From NCBI GenBank assembly GCA_965113315.1, contig OZ220366.1: a DNA stretch of 64,000 nucleotides; one strand, 5' to 3'. The number at the start of each line of letters is the position of its first letter. The stretch's first letter is position 1. This stretch comes from Podarcis vaucheri. Lineage: Eukaryota. Below the pieces are notes generated by a model. That model was not told the DNA's origin, did no database searches, and saw only the letters and a list, made by a program, of their open reading frames with translations. This document shows positions 11,174 through 21,966 of this stretch, piece by piece. The position numbers and the translations under genes were made by a program.

Positions 11174-14100
11174 TATTATTATTTGTTTACTGTTATTTAT
11201 TTATACATCACCATGATATTTTGCATGGTGGGTGCCTTATTAATTATTTCAATAAAACCATCAATAAATTTTCAGTGGTTAGCTTTATATACTACATATT
11301 TGGCATAAGATAAGATGGATAAAGTCTCCGGTAGCCCCACATTTTTCTATCACCTATGATTTACAATCCACTGAAAACTTCATTCAGATATGTTGCAATA
11401 TTTGTACAGAATTAGTATACAGCTTCAGTATTTTCGCAAATAGATTTGCAGCATTGTTGATTATGGAAAACTTAACATTAATATCACAGCTGATTGGCAA
11501 ATATTATAATCAAAATATTTTTACTACAGTCATTTCAGTTTTAAAGCTGATGCTGATAATGGCTAATCTGGAATACTTCCAGTTAATGGCTTCTCCAGTG
11601 ACAATAACACCAACTTTGGATATAAAAAAGAAAATAGCTTTAAAGAAGTGAGAATTAGATGGTGGTAGTGCTCTTGTCAGGATCTGCTAAATCCATTTGA
11701 ACTAACAACGAAGAGCATTAGCACAGTTACCTTGTGGTAAACTGATTTGGCACCTCTTTCACTCACAAAAGCATATAGAAGCCGTCTTGAGAAAATATGC
11801 TCTTTCACTTTGACTATGGTTGCTTCCAGATGAAGATTTATTGTGGGATCAGTCTTCCTCATCCATGCAAGATTTCTGCAGTACACAATGTCATCAGCAT
11901 TAAAATTCCAGTCTACATATCTCCCCCATTTAATATGGATTTACCCTTTTTGGAGAGGATCTGATAGTGAAAATTCAAAAGTGAAACCTGTTGCCAGTGA
12001 CCCATTTGTGACATCTCAATGGCTCATTTGCAAATTAAGCTCCCATCTGGAAGCATCCTGTATTATGCTGTCCACTTTTTCTTCTTTAAATATCAGCATG
12101 ATGCATCATGTTGGGTAAGCAGTTTCAAAAAATAGACTTTGTGTTTATTGATTCACAATGTTTTTTGACGGAAACCAATTACAGAAAAGGTGAGCAACAC
12201 CAGACAAAATAAATATGCTATCTCCTCCAGGTACTAACTTCTGTTCCTTGTATCAGTTTGATTGTGTGTCTTGCCCCTGCACACCTATATTTAGATTATT
12301 GAAAACACCCACCCACACACCCCACATACTGATAATAGTATAAAAATACACCACTATCAATTTGCATAGACCCCTTTTCTTCAGTAAATTAGATTAAGAG
12401 CAGCTAATTAAGCAATCCTTTTGATATATATTTTTAATGCTTATCAGGAGTTGTATCTCTGTTGCAAACTGAAACGCCCAAATTCATCTCATCATGTTCT
12501 GATTCACGCATATGTTTCATTAGATCCTCCTTTTTTAATTAGCTTTTGTGAGTTAGTTTCAGTTTTGTTGGACAATGTAGCTTCACTTAAACCAACTAGT
12601 GTATGGAAAATAAGTATAGCACTGAAAGATGGATGGTTAGAATAATGTAAACTTGTAAACCATGTTCAATTGTTCTCCTTTCCTTAGGAAGTATTAATGT
12701 AAACTTGTAGGTTACTGAACCTTCAGGCATTCAAGGCATTCAATATAAGTTAGATTAGTTTCTAACTCAAGCCACTCCTTCACAGCTCGACATAACTCCC
12801 TGTAGATTAAAATAACAGCAAGAACAAAAGAATTAGCATGTCAGAATTCAAGTGGAATAGTCATGCAATGCTAGGGGGTTTAGCACAGCTCCTGTCTTCA
12901 TAGCCTTGCTCTTATGATGCTGCAGTTAACTAAATTATGAAGCATCTGACAGCTGCTCTACTTGATCACATGAATATTCTGTGAAGGTTGACTACTATCA
13001 TGGGCTTGCACGTGGGAGTAAAGACGCTGAGCCATATGCATTGTGCCTCATTCTCTACATGTGCACAGCTAATTATAATCAAATGGGCAGAGTACATTTT
13101 TAAACCCTTTTCTTCACAATTCCATTCCCCACTGATACATCTATCTGCTCAAAGGAAACATATGTAGACCATTCAAATGCTTCAAAGGAGAAAGTCTCAT
13201 AATAGAGTTCTGGAGGGGATTGTGGAATTTAGCAGTATTCTTAGGGTCATCTTCCATGGTGTTCACAACCTGTCAACAGAACGAAGGGAATTTTTTGCTT
13301 CCCCTTAATGAGAACAAAACAAAGATGGTCTCTTTGTGGCTAATCAGTAATGTTTCCTGAGACTAGTATTTGTTTGAATATTTGACCAAAGAAAGGAATG
13401 AGAAGATTTGATATTTCATCACAAGATACAGTTCTGGGTTATCCTATATCCTAGATATCAGGGGGAGAAACCTGGGCCTTCAAGATGATGTTGGACTTCA
13501 ATCTTATTCAACCCCAGTCAGTATGACCAGCATTCAGAGATAATGGGAGTTGTGGTCCAGTAACACCCAGCAGGTCATAGGTTAGATCAGTTCTTCTGTG
13601 TCACTGAAGAGAGCGCTCCAGCTTTGGAGAGGGAAAGTCAAAGTTTGATCATCCCTCATTGAATCCTCTGATGCCCTGGGCAAAGCATGTTAAACACCAG
13701 TGTTGGTAGAACCAAAAATAGGTGTGTGGCTCCATTGTTCATTGAGTCTGGGAGCAGGAACACCATACTAGGATTAGAACTGGATGACTCATTGTCTTGT
13801 TCAGGACACCCTCTTGTGCTCCCTGTAGGAATGCAGTCTCCTACTTCCAGATATTTCACTTGTGTTTCTTTACTCTGTAACTTACCAAAATAAAAAAATA
13901 AAAATCCCTATCCTCTTTTTTAAAAAGTTTCTAAAGTGCTAAGGGAAAGAATGACCTTGTAATAGAATAACTGGCTGGCCCTGAACTAGCACTTTGTACT
14001 TTCCCTGGTTGTGCTGTACATTTTGCAGAGTTTGCACTGAATCTTGCATACAAATGTAACTGCTGTATTCTGCTCTGCTTTGCTAGCACTAAATGGGCTC

Positions 14101-14840
14101 CCTTGATAGCTTTCAGTACACCAGCTATTATTGAACTAGTTCAGGCTCACAGTTCTTCAGAAGACTAAACACAAAATCCTCAGTGTTTCAACCCTGCTCT
14201 GGTGGCAGAATCTGAGTGTGCACATGAAACAACTCGTCTCAGAAACACAGAGGGAATTCCCTCGAAAGTTCAGTAACTGTGACCCATAATAAAAAATTCA
14301 GAAGGATATTGCAATGGAACATTAGACAAGACAGTTGCAACAATTAGATTTTTGGAGGTGTTCTGATAACAGATACTAATTTTATCAAACCTTGCTTTAA
14401 TTTTGTAAGATAAAACATTTATTTAAAATGTTGGCTACAAGGCTGAGTCCTCTGCATAAACTTTTCCCAGGGACTATCCAGGGAAACAAAATATTTATAA
14501 CCCCCTTTGCAATCATGTGTCTTTTAGCAAACGTGGCAGGAGGCTTGAGGGAAAGAGGTGGTTGGGTGTCTCTTTACCCACTCTGGGTCCTAAATATATT
14601 GTCACCATCATGTGAAATTTATGATAGTGTTGGGAACCATCTGCATACCACAGGAGTATCCATTCTGGTGCCCTAAATATTTTTGGACTACTGTTTCCAT
14701 CATCTTCTGCCAGGGCTGATGAGAAGTGTGGTCCAAAACATTTGGATAGCTACTTGTGGCACATAGAATCATAGAATCATAGAGTTGGAAGAGACCACAA
14801 GGGCCATCGAGTCCAACCCCCTGCCAAGCAGGAAACACCA

Positions 14841-17763
14841 TCAGAGCACTCCTGACATATGGTTGTCAAGCCTCTGCTTAAAGACCTCCAAAGTAGGAGA
14901 CTCCACCACACTCCTTGGCAGCAAATTCCACTGTCGAACAGCTCTTACTGTCAGGAAGTTCTTCCTAATGTTTAGGTGGAATCTTCTTTCTTGTAGTTTG
15001 GATCCATTGCTCCGTGTCCGCTTCTCCGGAGCAGCAGAAAACAACCTTTCCCCCTCCTCTATGTGACATCCTTTTATATATTTGAACATGGCTATCATAT
15101 CACCCCTTAACCTCCTCTTCTCCAGGCTAAACATGCCCAGCTCCCTTAGCCGTTCCTCATAAGGCATCGTTTCCAGGCCCTTGACCATTTTGGTTGCCCT
15201 CCTCTGGACACGTTCCAGTTTGTCAGTGTCCTTCTTGAATTGTGGTGCCCAGAACTGGACACAGTACTCCAGGTGTGGTCTGACCAGAGCAGAATACAGT
15301 GGCACTATTACTTCCCTTGATCTAGATGCTATACTCCTATTGATGCAGCCCAGAATTGCATTGGCTTTTTTAGCTGCCGCGTCACACTGTTGGCTCATGT
15401 CAAGTTTGTGGTCAACCAAGACTCCTAGATCCTTTTCACATGTACTGCTCTCAAGCCAGGTGTCACCCATCTTGTATTTGTGCCTCTCATTTTTTTTTGC
15501 CCAAGTGCAGTACTTTACATTTCTCCCTGTTAAAATTCATCTTGTTTGTTTTTGCCCAGTTCTCTAATCTGTCAAGGTCGTTTTGAAGTGTGATCCTGTC
15601 CTCTGGGGTGTTAGCCACCCCTCCCAGTTTGGTGTCATCTGCAAATTTGATCAGGATGCCCTTGAGTCCATCATCCAAGTCGTTGATAAAGATGTTGAAT
15701 AAGACCGGGCCCAAGACAGAACCCTGTGGCACCCCACTAGTCACTCTTCTCCAGGATGAAGAGGAACCATTGATGAGCACCCTTTGGGTTCGGTCAGTCA
15801 GCCAGTTACAAATCCACTGAGTGGTAGCATAGTCAAGACCGCATTTTACCAGCTTCTTTACAAGAATATCATGGGGCACCTTGTCAAATGCCTTGCTGAA
15901 ATCAGGGTAGGCTACATCCACTGCGTTCCCTTCATCTACCAGGCTTGTAATTCTGTCAAAAAACGAGATCAGGTTAGTCTGACATGACTTATTTTTCAGA
16001 AATCCATGCTGACTATTGGTGATCACAGCATTCCTTTCTAGGTGCTCACAGACTGTTTGCTTAATGATCTGCTCCAGAATCTTCCCTGGTATTGATGTCA
16101 GACTGACTGGGCGGTAATTATTTGGGTCCTCTCTTTTCCCCTTTTTGAAAATAGGGACAACATTTGCCCTCCTCCAGTCTGCTGGGACTTCGCCTGTTCT
16201 CCAGGAATTCTCAAAGATGACTGCCAGTGGTTCTGAGATCACATCTGCCAGTTCTTTTAATACTCTTGGATGCAGTTCATCTGGCCCTGGAGACTTGAAT
16301 ACATCTAAACTAGCCAAATATTCTTGTACTATCTCCTTAGTTATTCTGGGCTGTGTTTCCTTTGCTGAATCATTTGCTCCAAATTCTTCAGGTCAGGCAT
16401 TGTTTTCTTTATCGGAGAAGACTGAGGCAAAGAAGGCATTGAGTAGTTCAGCCCTTTCTGTGTCCCCTGTTTGCATTTCACCATCTTCTCCTCTGAGTGA
16501 CCCCATTGTTTCTTTGTTCTTCCTTTTGCTACGAACATACCCATAAAAGCCTTTTTTGTTGCTTTTAACCTCTCTAGCAAGCCTGAGTTCATTCTGTGCT
16601 TTAGCTTTTCTGACTTTGTGTCTACACGTGCTGGCTATTTGTTTGAATTCCTCTTTGGTGGTTTCCCCCCTTTTCCATTTTTTGTACACATCCTTTTTTA
16701 ATCTTAATTCAGTTAAAAGTTCTTTAGATAGCCACCCTGGCTTCTTTAGGCACCTTCCATGTTTCCGTCTCATTGGTATTGCCTGACGTTGTGCTTTTAG
16801 TATCTCCCTCTTAACAAACTCCCAGCCATCATGAACTCCCTTTCCTTTTAGTATTACTGTCCATGGGATCTCACCCAGCACTTCCCTAAGTTTTATGAAG
16901 TCGGCTTTCTTAAAGTCAAGAAATTGAGTCCTAGTATGCTTGGCTGCTCCTTTCCGCTGTATAGTAAACTTCAGAAGAGCATGATCACTCGCGCCTAATG
17001 ATCCTTCCACTTCTACCCCACTAACCAGGTCATCAACATTGGTTAGGACCAGATCTAAAATGGCTGTTCCTCTTGTTGCTTCTCCCACTTTCTGGACAAT
17101 GAAGTTGTCTGCAAGGCCAGTGAGGAATCTGTTTGACCTTATGCTCTTGGCTGAGTTTGACGTCCAACAAATATCTGGGTAATTGAAGTCCCCCATTACT
17201 ACTATCTCCCTTCCTTTTGCATGCTTGGCCATCTGTTCCAGGAAGGCATCATCTATGTCCTCCGTTTGGCTTGGGGATCTATAGTAAACTCCCACAATGA
17301 GGTCTCTGTTATTCTTCTCTCCCTTAATTTTGACCCAAATGCTCTCACTTTGGCTTTGAGGATCTAAATCTTGGATCTCTTCACAGGTATACACATCCCT
17401 GACATATAACGCCACTCCTCCTCCTTTCTTGTCTGGTCTGTTTCTCTGAAATAGATTGTATCCCCCCATTATTACATTCCAATCGTGGGACTTATCCCAC
17501 CAGGTTTCAGTGATGCCTATTATGTCATATTTAGTTTGCTGTACCAAGAGCTCAAGCTCATCTTGTTTATTTCCCATGCTTTGCGCATTAGTGTACAGAC
17601 ATTGAAGTCCATTAATCATTCCCCCGTGTCTCTTATTTAAGGATTTTTTCCTCCCACCACTAGGTCCGCGTGCTGTTTGCTCCATTTGGTCTATGACATT
17701 TGGATGATCATCTTCATTAATTGATAGACTCCTACCTTCAGGAGCACTGTCTCCCTCCCCCAC
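14841..17763 (-). pseudogene. CR1 ORF2: APE endonuclease plus reverse transcriptase, two disruptions
   Basis: EN motifs [37 protein letters not shown] motifs [30 protein letters not shown]. In-frame TGA at 16393-16395 and +1 slip in the 9-nt run 15490-15498. Confidence 0.95.
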
Positions 17764-17768
17764 ATTAG

Positions 17769-18739
17769 TCAGTTTAAAGCCCTCCTGATGAGGTTTCTGA
17801 GATTTTTGGCAAAAACATTTCTCCCAACCGTTGTGAGGTGCAGCCCATCACTTGCCAGAAGTCCATCTTCAAGAAACTGCAGTCCGTGATCTAAGAATCC
17901 AAACCGTTCCTGTTTACACCATTTGCGAAGCCAGCTGTTCACTTCCACTATTTTCCCCTCTCTCCCTGGGCCACGTCGTTCAACTGGGAGGACAGATGAG
18001 ATGACAATTTGTGCATTTAGTTGCTTCAATTTCCTGCCGAGAGCCTCGTAGTCTCTTTTGATCTTCTGGAGGCTATTGCTTGCAGTGTCATTGGTTCCCA
18101 CATGAACCAAGAGGAAGGGGTATTTGTCAGTGGGTTTTATGATTCCTTGCAGTCGTTCAGTTACATCTTGGATCTTAGCCCCGGGGAGACAGCACACTTC
18201 CCGAGACATCTTGTCAGGCCCACAGATCACTGCTTCTGTTCCCCTCAGTAGGGAATCCCCTATCACCACTACACGCCTCCTCTTGGGTTTGGTCGGGGTT
18301 CTTCCGTGAGCTGTCCGTTCCAAGGTCGCCTGCACATTCCCTGAGGACTGACTTTGCTGCTCGTCTTCATATACCTGATCGACTGTAATGAGGGAGAGAT
18401 CCTCAAATGGAGTCTGCTCTTCGTCTTCCATGCTAGGGGAGAGGACCTCAAAGCGATTGTGTATTTCTAAGCAATCAGAGTGAACCCTGGGCCTCCTACT
18501 TCTTTGAGTCACGTTTCTCCATATATCTGGCTCCTGTGTTGGTGAACTAGACTCCTTCTCAGGGGAGTGCCCTGTCTCCTCCTTGGTGGAGACGGTGTGC
18601 TCTGTTGCTTCCAAGAAGAGCTCCAGCTCTCTAATTCTTTGGAGCGTAGCTACACGTTCCTCCAGTTGCTGGACTTTGTCTTTTAAGAGGGCAATCAACA
18701 TGCAATTGCTGCAGGTAAAGCTGCCTGCAACCTTTGGCA
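17769..18739 (-). CDS. CR1 ORF1p, N-terminally truncated: CxxC, coiled coil and SGNH/GDSL esterase domain
   Basis: FTCSNC followed by the heptad [19 protein letters not shown] blocks GDSLL, PGA, HVGTND, DGLHL. Ends RRALN-stop. Confidence 0.9.
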
Positions 18740-20119
18740 ATGCTATCCTTCTGCTTATATAGTCCTGCTCCAGCTCTTGACTATGCTGGAACATAGCTAT
18801 GCCACACCACATATCTATATATAATGTTCTATACACAGGATCTGGAGATTCTAATTGTTCCTTCTCAAAGTCTGGCAATGCACTCTGAGAAAGAATGGAA
18901 GTTCTTCCCAGACTGGTTATAGTCTAATTTTTTCTCATTAAGAAACTAGCAATGACACTGAAATTTAGTGCACTGAAATTCAGTAATATGGAACAAACAA
19001 ATAGCAAATGTATGAATTGCTCTTGCATCCTTACAAACTGAGTTGAGCCCAAACTCTAATGGTGGTCAGATCTTGATAAGAATCAGTTCACCAGGATCTT
19101 CATAGGTCACTGTTCACCCCAACAACCCCTTTCCCTGGTAACAGCAAAAGAAGAGAACACATTAGAGCTATTTCTGTGATGGCTCCATCCCTTCTATCTT
19201 ATCTCTGGTGAGTTGAATGTCGCGACAGCAGAGGCCAGGCATAAGGAGTTGAGGGACACATGATTTTCAGGCTAACTGACATCCGCTATAAGCACTTGAA
19301 TAACCTAATTCCTAGAATCTCTGCCAGCAGCATTCTCCTTGCAGCATTCTCACAAAGCACTCACAAAGAAGCCTCCAGCGGGACTTTCTCATTGCTGCCA
19401 CCAGGAATGTTTTAGACAAAGAGAAGGTTTTAGCAGGATAAGTTTCAGGGTCTTGTGGAAGGAGTTGCTTATAACTCACCATGCTGCCAATTATGGAACT
19501 AAGAGCAGAAAGAAGTTATTTTTTCAATGGGTGTGTGTGGAAACCACCCATTATTGTATAAGAAATAAGTTCTACAGTACTAGCAGAACTCATTCCATCT
19601 GATGGCCTGCAATCTCACAGCTTTCACCTAGGATTGAGATATTTGCTCAAGAATAATAGTAAATGACTAGGTTGCTCACATCAAGGTGTTGAGGGATCCT
19701 CCAAAGATGCCAGTACCTTTCCTCCTTCTTCCTAGGACACAATTATATTTATCTGTACTGATGGGAGCAATACTGCTAAAAGATCTATGTACAAGCAATG
19801 GCAGCCTGAGGAATTTTGCTGCCTGAAACAGAACCCAAATGATACTCTCCACAGCCTTAGGGCTAATGCTCCTGCCTATTCCTGATGATGCTGATGCCTG
19901 AAAGGCCTGTTCATGAAAGGGCTGGCCCTGTGTTCAAGCAGTTTAGTGTTTACCTGCACTGCAGCAAATACTGTCTTTTTAACATGGTAACACACTAGCA
20001 GGGTGATTCATGACATTCATTGACATCAGAGCAGAACTAAGGCTCATAGCATTAAAATGCTCTCACAGCTGGCTCTTGCTGGCTCAACATCTTTGCTTCC
20101 CAGTACTGCCTGAAACAGC

Positions 20120-20300
20120 CTCTCAATTTCAGAGGCAGCATGCCTCTAAATATCAGTTGCTTAGGAACAGCAGTAGGAGAGGGCTATTGCCCTAATGTCC
20201 TGCTTGTGGGCATCCCAGGCACATCTTGTTGGTCACTGTGGGGAACAGGATGATGGAACTGATAGGCATTTGGTCTGATTCAACACAGCTCCTCTTATAT
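20120..20300 (+). mobile_element. Old CR1-related 3' UTR fragment
   Basis: gaggcagcatgcctct...tcctgcttgtgggc...aggatgatggaactgataggc...tctgattc. Related degraded copy at 57470-57640. Confidence 0.55.
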
Positions 20301-21029
20301 ATTTACACTGCACACCACAAACTTTATTTGCTCCTGTTTCTCCTGTTGAGCCTTCCTGCTACTGCATTCATGGACCCACTGACTCCAGTTAGTACATTGA
20401 TTGGTTCAGAATATAAACTCCTAATGTTTCTATCAAAGTTTAGAAATCTGATCTGTTCTCATTCCTTGTTTTATTTATTTATTTGCAAATATTTATGTAC
20501 CACAAACTTTTTTGTTGTAAAATCAACACGGTAGACAATGCAAAATCGTCATTAAGGTGAATCACTAAAAACCAAAATGACATCAACAAATCTGATTGAT
20601 CAAAACTGGGTCACTTCCCGCCTCAGGATTGCACTAGAAGAGGTCATTTCCACACTTCTCTGTTTATTTTTTTTAATTTTATTAATTAAATTTGTATACT
20701 GCCCTATACCTGTAAATCTAAGGGTGGTTCACAACATAAAACAACTTCTCCCCACTTACTCATTGCTGAATATGTACAGAGTAATACCTGTAAGGTAGAT
20801 GCAGTCAACCTTTCTGGCAAATGTGCCACAAGCCAAATCTTCATTATAATATAGTGCCATTAAGTGCATGTTAGGGTATGCATATATATGAATGTATATT
20901 ATCTACCTCTGTATATTGGCTTGGCTATTTTTGTGGCTTACTGAGCTGTGGTGCACTGCAAGAGAGACAGACCAAAGTGCAGGCGGGGAGGAGCATAGAG
21001 CCTTATATCAGTTCAGACTGTTTACCTGT

Positions 21030-21160
21030 CAAGTCTAGGGTCTCATTCCATATTTTCACCTGAGCCATCTTGTTTCCTTTTCTGGAGAGGCCAGGATCTG
21101 AAGTTGGGTTCTTCTTCTGCATGCAAAGCATGTGCTCTACTGATGAGCTGCGGTCCTTAG
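21030..21160 (-). mobile_element. Degraded tRNA-derived squamate SINE fragment
   Basis: ttctgcatgcaaagcatgtgctctactgatgagct is an antisense tRNA-like head. Related to 58310-58460. Confidence 0.55.
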
Positions 21161-21649
21161 GCCAGCATTCATAGAGGTCAGCAGAAGGGTTCACTATAAT
21201 TTTTACACAAGAGGAATCCAGACCAGAAAAGGCATAAGGAGTGGTTCGATTTTATTGACATCAGGTATAATAATGCACTGAGCTGCAAGACTGCACACTA
21301 TAATGCAAATGCACACAAGACATAAGTACAATTGCCCACAAGGTCCCATCCACAACAGGAAATGTGATCAGTTACTGAAAAACGCCTCCCTTCATCCTCA
21401 CTGCGCACCTTCAGAAAAAAAGGGGGATGACCAGACCTTGCATGAAAGTGAGACCCGAGGCTTCACTGATGGAACTATCCCAAGATAGTTTGTCAACAAG
21501 AGGGTCTTTCTCTTCCCTTTCAGAGCCTCCAAATCCTTGCCTTCGATGAACACAATTGTGTCATACAGTGCTTTCTTAGAGATGTGCTTCTGCTAGCTGT
21601 CCCAATGACACGATCTTCAGCAAAGTCTGTACAAGTCTTATACTAGCCT

Positions 21650-21966
21650 ACCATCATGGTGTTCCCTTACGCCAGAAGTGGTTTAGTCCTGCTGCCAACC
21701 TAGCAGTTTGAAAGCATACCAGTGCAAGTAATTAAACAGGTACCGCTGAGTCAGGAAGGTAAACGGCATTTCCATGCGCTCTGGCTTCTGTCACGGTGTT
21801 CTGTTGCACCAGAAGCGTTTTAGTCATGCTGGCCACAAGACCCAGAAAGCTGTCTGTGGACAAACGCTGGTTCCCTCGGCCTGAAGTGAGATGAGTGCCG
21901 CACCCCATAGTAGCCTTTGACTGGACTTAACCGTCCGGGGGTCCTCTTCCTTTACCTTTTTTTACC
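21650..21966 (+). mobile_element. Sauria SINE, head missing and 5' end rearranged
   Basis: Body matches the reverse complement of 8787-9030 (gccaacctagcagtt.gaaagca...gagatgag.gccgca), cctttacc tail, 9-bp TSD TACTAGCCT (21641-21649, 21967-21975). Confidence 0.85.

Larger units (their letters stand above)
14762..18739 (-). mobile_element. CR1 LINE, near full length, 5'-truncated inside ORF1
   Basis: ORF1 plus ORF2 with CR1-type motifs, short 3' UTR ending in (ATTCTATG)n octamers (plus strand catagaatcatagaatcatag), and TGGCA at both junctions (14757-14761, 18735-18739). Confidence 0.97.

Noticed and set aside
14785-18451. Plus-strand and alternative-frame ORFs overlapping the CR1
   Set aside because: Shadows of the CR1 reading frames with no independent motifs.
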